NCBI GenBank assembly: GCA_021325575.1
Contig: JAJPGW010000004.1
Span: 42,633 to 106,632, forward strand
Reading direction: 5' to 3'
Length of the DNA: 64,000 nt
Source of the DNA: Gammaproteobacteria bacterium
GTDB lineage: Bacteria; Pseudomonadota; Gammaproteobacteria; DSM-16500
In this document: piece by piece, positions 40,750 through 49,902 of the stretch
How the letters are laid out: each line of letters begins with the position of its first letter
Numbering within the stretch: the first letter of the stretch is position 1
Made by a program: the position numbers and the translations under genes
Notes under the pieces: generated by a model
Database searches by the model: none
Told to the model about the DNA's origin: nothing
Seen by the model: the letters and a program-made list of their open reading frames with translations, nothing else

Positions 40750-40761
40750 GTGAGCACGTTA

Positions 40762-41562
40762 TCAAGAATCCAATTTGAATCCCAGTTTCTGAAAATGCCC
40801 TTCCAATTCATCAATATTATTAAACCGAATTTTCACAAACCCACCGCCACGCTCTTCACAATCAATTTGCACTTGATTGCCGACATGATCAGACAGTGCA
40901 AGTTCCAGATGTTTTAAATTCGGATCACTGTAGGGGCCTTTTTCATCGTTCGTATGCAATAATTTTTTCGCTTCCAATTCAATTTTTCGCACACTCCAAT
41001 TTTTTTGAATGCATTGATCCGCTAAAAAATATTGTTGTTCCAGAGCTACGCCTGCGAGAATTTTTCCATGTCCTTCCGATAATTTTCCAGAAATTAATAA
41101 TTCCTGCACACGCGGATCCAATTTTAATAATCGCAACGCATTGGTAATTTTAGTTCGTGATTTGCCAACAGCTGTCGCGACTTCTTCGTGCGAATAAAAA
41201 AACTCATCAATCAATCGCTGATAACCTTGCGCTTCTTCGATGGGGTTTAAATCCGCGCGATTAATATTTTCAATAATCGATGCTTGCAGCGCCTGTTCAT
41301 CCGAATAATTCTGAATAAGACAACTAACTTCTTTCATCCCAATCAACTGCGCTGCCCGCCAGCGGCGTTCACCTGCAATGATTTCGTACCGGTTATTTTT
41401 AATGGGGCGGACCACAATTGGTTGCAATAACCCACCAGTCGTTTTAATGGAATCAGCCAATTCCTGTAGCTGAGCAGGATCAAATTGTCGGCGAGGCTGG
41501 TATTCCCCGCGGACCAATTGATCAATGGCTAATTGCTGCAATAGCGGTTTTCCTGAATTCAT
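40762..41562 (-). CDS. parB: ParB/Spo0J family partition protein (no adjacent parA)
   Basis: I..L..G.YQPRR.FD...L.ELA.SI...G.LQPIVVRP......YEIIAGERRWRAA and the HTH GKSR..ITN.LRLL.L. Confidence 0.85.
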   Translation of the reverse strand: MNSGKPLLQQLAIDQLVRGEYQPRRQFDPAQLQELADSIKTTGGLLQPIVVRPIKNNRYEIIAGERRWRAAQLIGMKEVSCLIQNYSDEQALQASIIENINRADLNPIEEAQGYQRLIDEFFYSHEEVATAVGKSRTKITNALRLLKLDPRVQELLISGKLSEGHGKILAGVALEQQYFLADQCIQKNWSVRKIELEAKKLLHTNDEKGPYSDPNLKHLELALSDHVGNQVQIDCEERGGGFVKIRFNNIDELEGHFQKLGFKLDS

Positions 41563-41669
41563 TGAGTGTAACCTTTTGATTAGTAGCTTTTTTTAAAGAA
41601 AAAAGCATTAAGTTTCCCTTAAGGCCGATCTGTTATTATGAGCATAATTTTTTGAGATGTAAAATTACC

Positions 41670-43475
41670 ATGCAACGAACTGTAAACGAAGAGAAAGCTA
41701 CAGCTGCGGATCCGCAGCTTATTATTGCCTATGATGCAGATGGCATGGCATTTAGTCATCAGGTAGTAAGAGACTGGAATAATGGGAGCCTATCCTTTAA
41801 TCGGGTGCTGGTTACACATACCCAAAATTTACTGAGATTAAAAAAACCCAATAAAACACCGATTTTTGTTTCAGGTTCTAATCGACAAGATGACAAGCAT
41901 GATAGAAGCAATGCTGAACATAACAAAACGCCTCTTTTTCCCGAGTATTTACCTCTACTAATTGAGAAGGTAAGCTCCGGAGCCAACGTTGATCCCTTTT
42001 GGCTGCAAGATATTTTTGGCTATGGAAAAATTCCATTTGATCATCAGAAATTAATATTGCTTTTAGGATTATTATTTCATTATGAGTCGGAGTCTCCTGG
42101 GCCATTTGAACTGCATTTGTATGATGATCAATATGGTAAGATTCTCAAACCGTTGTATCATTTTTTACAACAAAATTTACACTTAATTTCAAAAAAATTT
42201 ACGATCTATTTTCATCATTACAGCAATTATTTCGATGCAATCAATGATTCTTTTCCACCTTTACAAGGTCGCGGTGAGTACAATAATTGTTATAAACAAA
42301 TGGTTCGCGAACTAGCTAGTGCCGCGAAGCTTTCAATGAAGAAGGATGCAATTGATGGGATACCCCTCATACAAAATAATTCAGCCATCAGAAAATTGGT
42401 TAACAAATATTATCCACGTCCCTTTTGCGATGGATATAAAAGACAGTCGACAGGTAAAAAAGTATTGTCAATCGATGTTGTCAATTTGGATAATGATTTG
42501 GCTGAAATAATGAGAAATGTTTTAGTTGATAATGGATTTATAGTCACTCAAAAGAAGTCAGTTGATAAGAATTTTTCAAAGCCCCAGCGAATTCAAAATG
42601 TTTATGCTGTCCTTTGTGAAAATGTACCCTTAAGAAATATTCATCGCTCAATTGAATTCTTTTTTCAGGCAGGCAGAATAAACAAGGAGGAGCTCACTCT
42701 GTTTAGACGGGAATTAGTGAAATTTCAGCTGGAAAATCTGGAAAAAGTTGCAGAATGGCAAGCGGCGGTTGCTGCTAAAGCTCTGCTCTCTCCCGAAGAA
42801 AAACAAGCTAAACAACAATTAATGAGCTATCGACGAAAAATCTTAGATGGCGAATACAAGCTTGGATTTTTACAAGGCGTCACAGTGCGAGATAATGAAG
42901 GAAAAGAAAAAATTATTCCTGACGAAGAATTTCGTCAATTGGAAAGAATTGATGCTGCTCTTCTTGATGAAAAAAGAAATAAACCAAATTATGTTGCGAC
43001 TCTCAGGAAATTACTCATTTCCGATTTAGGCGAGCACAAAGCATTAATTCAAGAAGCAAAAGAAAGTAAATTATCACCCCAAGAAGATAATTATAAAAAA
43101 ATGTGCCTAGCCATACGCGAAATTATTTTATATACCAATTGGAATGTGACGACAAGTGGTAGAGTGCCATCCCCATCAGAATACCCAGATAGACCTAGAA
43201 CTAATGTTCCTGAAAATATGTTTGCCATGTTAGGAATGATTTCTCAAGCTGAAAAAGATAATGAATGGGAAGCTGCATACAAAGCAATGGGACAATGTGC
43301 AGAGAAAACCATTATCAAAAAATCTGAACGTAACTGCTTAGGCCTTTTTAGAGATTATTTATTTAGTGATGGGTCCGTTGAACTTTTTTATGCGGAATTT
43401 ACTAGAAAATACCGAGCGCTATTTTCCGCCACAATTGTAAAACCAGCTGAATTTAAAGCGGCTCAGGCCGTATAA
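41670..43475 (+). CDS. large orphan protein, paralog A of a tandem pair (candidate secreted effector)
   Basis: 601 aa from the ATG at 41670. It aligns by eye with the downstream ORF over the whole length (see findings). No family recognised. Confidence 0.55.
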   Translation: MQRTVNEEKATAADPQLIIAYDADGMAFSHQVVRDWNNGSLSFNRVLVTHTQNLLRLKKPNKTPIFVSGSNRQDDKHDRSNAEHNKTPLFPEYLPLLIEKVSSGANVDPFWLQDIFGYGKIPFDHQKLILLLGLLFHYESESPGPFELHLYDDQYGKILKPLYHFLQQNLHLISKKFTIYFHHYSNYFDAINDSFPPLQGRGEYNNCYKQMVRELASAAKLSMKKDAIDGIPLIQNNSAIRKLVNKYYPRPFCDGYKRQSTGKKVLSIDVVNLDNDLAEIMRNVLVDNGFIVTQKKSVDKNFSKPQRIQNVYAVLCENVPLRNIHRSIEFFFQAGRINKEELTLFRRELVKFQLENLEKVAEWQAAVAAKALLSPEEKQAKQQLMSYRRKILDGEYKLGFLQGVTVRDNEGKEKIIPDEEFRQLERIDAALLDEKRNKPNYVATLRKLLISDLGEHKALIQEAKESKLSPQEDNYKKMCLAIREIILYTNWNVTTSGRVPSPSEYPDRPRTNVPENMFAMLGMISQAEKDNEWEAAYKAMGQCAEKTIIKKSERNCLGLFRDYLFSDGSVELFYAEFTRKYRALFSATIVKPAEFKAAQAV

Positions 43476-43575
43476 CCTAAAAAACCTCAAAGATAGACCT
43501 AAATTTAATCTTTCCTTAATAATTAGATGATATTATATACATCCTATTAAAAACATTGTCAATTCAGAGAGTTAT

Positions 43576-44844
43576 ATGCAACATTTAAGTTTAGATCCTG
43601 ACCGCAAAGTCGAATCCAAGAAGGCCAACGGCACCACCGTGATTTGCTGTGGAACTGATAAGGCCATGTACGGAGATGGTACAAAATTAGTTGAGTTGAT
43701 GCAGGAACTGATTACACCATCAAAAAACCCAACTATTGTGTTGCAAACGGATGGCTTGCAGACTTTTCTACCTTCCTTAGTAACTCGCGCGCTCGCTCCA
43801 AGCCGGGAGCTACTCAAGAAGCGTGAACCCCTCAATGCAGCAGCTCCTGCATGGATTTCACAATGGAAAGCCCGCAAAAATAAGCTTACTGAACAGCAAA
43901 GACTTCTTGCACAATTACATGAAGTAAGCCTCTCAATTAAGGGACCGATCGCTTTTCATTTCATCCATCGTGATATTAAGGAATTACAATCGAGTTTATT
44001 TGATCCAGCAAAGATTCCAGAAGGTGTCACACTTCATTTTCATCTTGCGGGAACGAATGGTTATAATGCTACACGAAGTAATATCTGTGAAAGTGTTGTT
44101 GGAACAGGAAAGCCCGATGAGCGCTACGCATCTTCAGAAGATACTTCAGTCTATGTTCAGGGATATCAAATACAATCAGAAAAGCTAACAAGAATTAATG
44201 TCACTTTGCTTGAACCAAATAGTGACATCGCAAAATTGGCTGGCAATATTTTGCTTGGTAATGGTTTTAGAGTGCATGGATTTCAATTAATTCCTAATCC
44301 AACAAAATTAATGGAACCATCCGATCTTTCCACAATTTGCGAATTACTTTTATCAAAAGTAAGCATTGAAAATATTTGTCGGTCGCTCGATTGTTCTTTG
44401 CATGCCGGTTTCACTTCAGAAAAAACGGTAAGACAATTGCAATTAGCATTAGTTGAGCGTCACATTGCAAGAATAGGAAATAATAGGGCTGATTTTTGCA
44501 GAGCCATTAAAGATTTAATTTTAAATATTGAATGGAAATCCAAAACATTTGATGTGAATTATCAAAAATTCTTGCCAAAAAATATGTCTGCCATGCTGGC
44601 AAGTATGCCTCAGGATGAAGAAGATATGGGATGGACCAAAGCATCCGATGAAATAGGTGATCGTGCTCGGAACGCGCTAGATAACAAACGAGATTGGATA
44701 GATCGCGTTAAGTCTTATTGCAGTCGCGATTGCTTAACTGAAGCTTGTTATACTGCAATCGCTAAAAAATATACTGAAATTTGCCAAGCAGAAAAACGAG
44801 AAAAACAACAATCAGCGCCTGTTTCTGAAGCAAAATTACCTTAA
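43576..44844 (+). CDS. large orphan protein, paralog B of the tandem pair
   Basis: 422 aa. Shares blocks with paralog A, for example LGNGFRVH vs VDNGFIVT, ILNIEWKS vs ILYTNWNV, and LPKNMSAMLASMPQDEEDMGW vs VPENMFAMLGMISQAEKDNEW. Confidence 0.55.
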   Translation: MQHLSLDPDRKVESKKANGTTVICCGTDKAMYGDGTKLVELMQELITPSKNPTIVLQTDGLQTFLPSLVTRALAPSRELLKKREPLNAAAPAWISQWKARKNKLTEQQRLLAQLHEVSLSIKGPIAFHFIHRDIKELQSSLFDPAKIPEGVTLHFHLAGTNGYNATRSNICESVVGTGKPDERYASSEDTSVYVQGYQIQSEKLTRINVTLLEPNSDIAKLAGNILLGNGFRVHGFQLIPNPTKLMEPSDLSTICELLLSKVSIENICRSLDCSLHAGFTSEKTVRQLQLALVERHIARIGNNRADFCRAIKDLILNIEWKSKTFDVNYQKFLPKNMSAMLASMPQDEEDMGWTKASDEIGDRARNALDNKRDWIDRVKSYCSRDCLTEACYTAIAKKYTEICQAEKREKQQSAPVSEAKLP

Positions 44845-44858
44845 TTTTTTTTAATTTT

Positions 44859-44885
44859 AAAAAAGGCCCAACAGGGCCTTTTTTA
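44859..44885. terminator. bidirectional rho-independent terminator
   Basis: AAAAAGGCCC-AACA-GGGCCTTTTTT between convergent genes. Confidence 0.75.
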
Positions 44886-44919
44886 TTTACCATTTTTCAA
44901 TGATTATCCGATTTCGATT

Positions 44920-45276
44920 TTATAATCGGGATTGTGGACAGAAAGAGTCTGGCTTTATTTCAGTTTTTTCGCCTGTATTTGTAATACCTAACCTAGTTAA
45001 TGTGGATCGCTCTTCCGCCGCTTTGGCCTTTACATAGGCTGCATATTTTTCTTCAGCTTCTGCAATTAATGGTGAAAGACGATCGACAATGTCTTTTTTT
45101 CCATCTGCTTTATATCTTTCTAAGCATTTTCTGAGATCAGCCATGATCACATCGGGAGCTCGATTAATATATAAGTGTACTTGGGTCCCTAATAGGGTAT
45201 TGGACATGGAGCTTGTCCGAAAATTAGCGATGTCATTCGCGACAAATTCTTTGAACGCTTGAGCCGATGAGCGCAT
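44920..45276 (-). CDS. orphan helical hypothetical protein
   Basis: 118-aa ORF followed by the shared terminator. Confidence 0.4.
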   Translation of the reverse strand: MRSSAQAFKEFVANDIANFRTSSMSNTLLGTQVHLYINRAPDVIMADLRKCLERYKADGKKDIVDRLSPLIAEAEEKYAAYVKAKAAEERSTLTRLGITNTGEKTEIKPDSFCPQSRL

Positions 45277-45485
45277 TTTTTAATACCTTCTAAATAGTTA
45301 ACAAGAGGTGTATTTTAATTTATTTTGAGTTAATTTTTAAACTAATATTTTTAATCTGTATATTTATTCAATATGAGGATATTCACTTATTAACGGATTA
45401 GTCAAATAGATAATATATAATTGTGTAAATCATAATCTACTTATGTAATAATTGACCAATTATTATTCGAGATTTCGGAAAAATC

Positions 45486-46970
45486 ATGACCCGAAGCACT
45501 AACAAAATGGAGCCAATGGAAGGCTTGCCTCGCGAAAAAACATGGTATTCTTCTCGTCCTCGTCCTGTTGGGCAAGATTGGATGGCTCAAATTATTGATC
45601 CCCCAACAAAAGATTCAAAAAATCGCACTTGTAAATTAACTTTATTTAAATATGCGCCACCTGCAGAAGAATTACAGGTTGATTTGCCTAAGGGAAAAAA
45701 ATTTGCAATTGTTGATAGGGGATACCAGTTTGCCGTTGTCGGCAACCAAAATTTATTTTTATATTCCATCCCACAAGGTCAGTCTCCAACGTTTCAAAGA
45801 AAACGATCGATAAAAGCACTTAACGAAGATGATACGACCAGTGATGTGATTCGCTTCAATGATCGTTACTTGGCCCGATTGCTTGGAGAACGCAATCACT
45901 GGGGGCAGCTACAATTTATTGATTGTGAGCAATCAGAAGATGTTGAATTTACGTTAGATAATCTGTTAGATGCTTGCGGCTATACTGTGAGGTTAGTGGC
46001 TCCTAATCGTCTTGTCATTTTGAATGGCATTAGATTTATCGCAGGTTATGATATTAATTTAGGAACCCATGGAAAAAAAATCGGTGTGCCAACAGACTAT
46101 AAAAAAACAGATCCATGGGCATTTTCTCAATGCAAAGATTGGTATCATTGTTATGTATCAGGTGATGGTCATTATGTTTTATACTCCCACTCTGCAAAAG
46201 TACACAAACGGGATCCTGAAAAAAAATCTTATGCAGAATTACAGGGCCAAGATCAATTATCCGGTAGTACGACTGGCTGTGGTTTTTTGCCTGATAATAA
46301 AGCGTTATTTCGAGATTATTCGAAAGAGGGTGTTTCTTTGGGGGTCTTTAATCCAGCAACATTACAATGTACTGAACTAACGTCCTATCGAAACCCCAAT
46401 TGGTTACAAAATCAATTCATTACTCCTGAAGGGGATGTGGTCTGTGCCTTAGAATATAGATCCCATCAAAGATGTGTTTACGAGACTCAGATTTTTCCGA
46501 TGCGCTATGATCATTTGAATTTGGATGAGCATGAGCGAAAGTTAGCATCCGGTGATACTTCAAAATTAACCGAAGCCGTCGTCGTTTCGACGCCGTGTTT
46601 ACCAAGAGGCGTTCAAAATATAGTTCTAAGTTGTCTCGTGCGTTATTCTCTAGTTGGTGTATTGGCCAACCGGGAAGCGCAAAGACAAGGTTTTCAAGTG
46701 CCGCATTGTTTTTCAGAAAAATCGCGAGCGCAAATTAAAATTTTTATGGATAATTCAGGGCATGAAGCTGAAAAAGAAGTGTTGAAACGATTTATCGATC
46801 ATGTCAAAGCGAATCATCCAAACAAATCCGTGCAAGTTTGTTTTGATGAATTAGTAAAGCAAGAAATCTTCAAACCTGTTTTTGGGCGATTTTTCTCAAC
46901 GAATTTTGAAAATTTAATTCATGAAATTTGTCAAAATGAAAATACTCAAGTTAAAAAAACTTGGACATGA
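45486..46970 (+). CDS. orphan protein with repeated beta-strand-rich blocks (propeller-like) and a helical C-terminus
   Basis: 494 aa. It may continue into the 46921-47130 frame through an A7 run (see findings). Confidence 0.5.
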   Translation: MTRSTNKMEPMEGLPREKTWYSSRPRPVGQDWMAQIIDPPTKDSKNRTCKLTLFKYAPPAEELQVDLPKGKKFAIVDRGYQFAVVGNQNLFLYSIPQGQSPTFQRKRSIKALNEDDTTSDVIRFNDRYLARLLGERNHWGQLQFIDCEQSEDVEFTLDNLLDACGYTVRLVAPNRLVILNGIRFIAGYDINLGTHGKKIGVPTDYKKTDPWAFSQCKDWYHCYVSGDGHYVLYSHSAKVHKRDPEKKSYAELQGQDQLSGSTTGCGFLPDNKALFRDYSKEGVSLGVFNPATLQCTELTSYRNPNWLQNQFITPEGDVVCALEYRSHQRCVYETQIFPMRYDHLNLDEHERKLASGDTSKLTEAVVVSTPCLPRGVQNIVLSCLVRYSLVGVLANREAQRQGFQVPHCFSEKSRAQIKIFMDNSGHEAEKEVLKRFIDHVKANHPNKSVQVCFDELVKQEIFKPVFGRFFSTNFENLIHEICQNENTQVKKTWT

Positions 46971-47279
46971 TGGGATTAAAAAAAAGAGTCCTGGGATATT
47001 GCCTATCTATCGTGACCTCATCGGCAAATTTATTCCAAAATGGCTGGCAGTGGGTCATGGTATGGCAGCTCTGATTGGATTTCTTTTTTTAATTATTTTT
47101 ATTTTTTTACATGATCATTCGCTGACATAATCAGCATGTAAAATCAAACAAAATTTTTATTTCATGCAAAAATAGTTTCTTTTAAAGTATTAAATCTAAA
47201 ATTTAAAATCACTTAGTTCTAAAAGGTAAGATGTTATGATAATCAATTAATTGAAAATTTTTTTGTAAGGGAACTTTTT

Positions 47280-48385
47280 ATGTTACAACAAAAAAAGAAG
47301 AAAAAGTTGATTCAGCAAGTAAGCATTATTTAAGTCTATTAGCAGAAGCCAAAAATAAAATTCAATCCACTCGTATACAGCTTGCAAGGGCGGCAAATCA
47401 AGAGCAAATAAATTTATATTGGTGGTTCGGTCAGAAAATAGTCGAAGCACAGGCAAAGTATCATTGGGGAAAATCGGTTGTTGATCAGCTTAGTATTGAT
47501 TTGCGCCATAATTTTGGTGCTATTTATGGTTTTTCAGCAAGAAATTTGTGGGAGATGAGGCGGTTTTATCTTGAGTGCGAAAATCAACCATTTCTGCAAC
47601 GACTCGTTGCAGAAATTCCTTGGGGACAAAATTTAGTCATTTTAAGCAAAGTTAAAGATTTGGATGCTCGAGAATATTACGTTCGTGCAGTAAGAGAACA
47701 AGGCTGGACACGTGATGTATTAGTAATCCAGATTAATTCCCAAGCCTATGAGCGCCATCTTTTAACCAAAAAACAACATAATTTTGAACAAGCTTTACCA
47801 GAACACCTTGCCGAACAAGCTGATCGCGCAATGAAAGATATTTATATGTTGGATACATTGGGTTTGACTAAGCCGGTTTTAGAAACTGTTCTAGAAAATC
47901 AGATGGTCGCTAAAATTAAAAATGTCATGCTTGAATTGGGTTATGGTTTCGCCTTTGTCGGCAATCAGTATCGAATCAATGCAAAAGGCAGGGAATATTT
48001 TATTGATTTGCTCTTTTATAATCGAAAACTGAAAGCATTGGTTGCAATGGAATTAAAAACCGGAAAATTTGAACCTGAATATGCAGGGAAAATGAATTTT
48101 TATTTAAATTTGTTAGATGATTTTGTTCGTGAGCCCGATGAAAATCCATCGATTGGCATTATTTTATGTTCTGAGCGTGATAAGTTTGAAGTGGAATATG
48201 CATTGCGAGGCTTAAATAAGCCCGTCGGTGTTTCAGAATTTCGTCTTACAAAAATATTGCCAGCGGAATTACAAGATAAATTACCGCGGGTGGATGAGAT
48301 CGAAAATGAAATAAGGAAAGGGTTGCGAACAGTAAACGATGAAGATATTTTGACAGAAAGTGGCGAAAAATTTGTGATGGAGTAG
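47280..48385 (+). pseudogene. YhcG/DUF1016 PDDEXK-nuclease family gene with a frameshift in an A7 run
   Basis: The body matches DUF1016 (..LYWWFGQKIVE....WGKSVVDQLS.DL...F....GFS.RNLW.MRRFY.., and D..FY.R.L..LVAMELK). The family N-terminus LLAEAKNKIQSTRIQLARAAN is open in the same frame back to 47255 but has no start. The only ATG (47280) is in another frame and would be joined by adding one A to A7 (47290-47296). Confidence 0.65.
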
Positions 48386-48393
48386 ATAAGGTA

Positions 48394-48430
48394 ATCGGGG
48401 TGACCTGGACTATGGTCGCAACCATGGGCC
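48394..48430. repeat. degenerate copy of the 3' end of the tRNA at 63964 (att-like direct repeat)
   Basis: 48394 ATCGGGGTGAC(C)TGGA.. versus 63963 ATCGGGGTGAC-TGGA.. . The blocks TCG, AACCA and GGCC follow in the same order. Confidence 0.55.
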
Positions 48431-48480
48431 AATCAACTCGCCCATGACAATCTATACACCTGACAAATATTAAACTGATA

Positions 48481-49290
48481 TTAAATCTGACCTGCTACTT
48501 GGCAGCTTGCATAAAATCCCGCAATTTGTGCGTCGTCATTTACTATTTTTTCAAGTTCGATTCCTTGATTAACCCATTCTATTTCAGTCTTTCCTTGTTC
48601 TAATTCGTATTGTTTAAGCTCCTCTCTACCTAGGAGTAATAGATTTTTTTCATCACGCGTTATTAATAACGGATGTATAATTTTTGCAGAAATGATCTTA
48701 AAACTTGCTTTATACATTTTATTATATAATTTCATTCCTAAATTGCCATCACGCATATTTTGTTCTTCGTTATCAATCCAAGGATATGGTCCAGTGTATT
48801 CTGTTCCCCAAGCTGGGTTATGTGGGTAAGAAAATGCAAAATTGACAATACCTTCCTCTGCTGCATAAATTCCATTAGGTTTAAGCACGCGGATGATTTT
48901 TTTGATAACTTGAGAGGGTGAATTAAGATGGTGTAATACAAAACGACAATACACCATATCAAATCTTTGATTAAGTGTCTCAATATCATAAGCAGATAAC
49001 AACTTAAATTCGATGTTGTTCAACCCCATTTTTTTAGCGCGAAGCATTGCAGCGTTTAATTGATTTTTATTATTCTCAATGGCAATAACAGATCCATTAT
49101 TACCGACTTGTTTCGCTATCCAACAAGTCATGGCGCCTGACCCGCATCCTATATCTAATACGATCATGCCAGATTTTAATCCGCTACAAATTAAAAATTC
49201 TTGCGTTGTTGGATTAAAACAATAGTCTAATTTATCTAGTCCAATGGAGCCTTCGTCACCAACGTCAACAATATATTTTTCATTTGGCAT
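48481..49290 (-). CDS. class I SAM-dependent methyltransferase
   Basis: Motif I VLDIGCGSGAMT, post-I IAIE, motif II FDMVYCRFVLHHL. Confidence 0.8.
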   Translation of the reverse strand: MPNEKYIVDVGDEGSIGLDKLDYCFNPTTQEFLICSGLKSGMIVLDIGCGSGAMTCWIAKQVGNNGSVIAIENNKNQLNAAMLRAKKMGLNNIEFKLLSAYDIETLNQRFDMVYCRFVLHHLNSPSQVIKKIIRVLKPNGIYAAEEGIVNFAFSYPHNPAWGTEYTGPYPWIDNEEQNMRDGNLGMKLYNKMYKASFKIISAKIIHPLLITRDEKNLLLLGREELKQYELEQGKTEIEWVNQGIELEKIVNDDAQIAGFYASCQVAGQI

Positions 49291-49414
49291 ATGTATCTCT
49301 ATAAATTATTACTATTGGATGGTTTAGTATCGCATTTTTTTAAAAGATCCACATCATAGTAATAGGTAAAATTATTTTGATGTTACATTCTTGAAATCGA
49401 TAAAGTATCAATGA

Positions 49415-49436
49415 AATACCGTATTAACACGGTATT
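49415..49436. promoter_or_regulatory. 22-bp dyad operator, site 1 (perfect)
   Basis: AATACCGT-ATTAAC-ACGGTATT, in the divergent intergenic region. It is 51 nt upstream of the ATG at 49487. Confidence 0.6.
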
Positions 49437-49486
49437 GCTCCATTCGGCTGAATAAGTGATAATTATTGCAGTGATTGGAGAGAAAT

Positions 49487-49882
49487 ATGCGTTTATTAAA
49501 ATATGTAATTATTATAATGGCTAGCATGATTTTTATGTCATCTATAAGTTTTGCAGAAACTAATACCAAACAAAATCATGCACCGGTTGTTTTTCAAGTT
49601 GTTCAAGCTCAAATAAATTTTGATAATTCTATGATTAAAAATGCTTCATTTATTACAAATAATGATGGGTCCTTCGGTGGTCTTGAGATACAGTTAAAAC
49701 CATCTGCTTCTAAAGAACTAACTCGTATTACAGCAGCTGGAGTTGGTAAAGAGGCAAATCTTGTGATCAACGATAAAATCGTTAGCAGAGCCACTTTGCG
49801 TTCATCGTTGCAGGATCAATTTCTAATAACTGATATATCAAAAGAGGATGCTCAAAAATTTATTGATTCGTTGCATGAATAA
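49487..49882 (+). CDS. small secreted protein
   Basis: GGAGA Shine-Dalgarno then ATG at 49487. Signal peptide MRLLKYVIIIMASMIFMSSISFA. Confidence 0.55.
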   Translation: MRLLKYVIIIMASMIFMSSISFAETNTKQNHAPVVFQVVQAQINFDNSMIKNASFITNNDGSFGGLEIQLKPSASKELTRITAAGVGKEANLVINDKIVSRATLRSSLQDQFLITDISKEDAQKFIDSLHE

Positions 49883-49902
49883 TATTTTTATGCAAATTTG
49901 AA

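Noticed and set aside
49487-49882. Similarity of the small secreted protein (..LVINDKIVSRATLRSSL.DQFLITDIS.EDAQKF) to the SecD P1-head region.
   Set aside because: It rests on a short, low-complexity pattern recalled from memory. That is not enough to name the protein.
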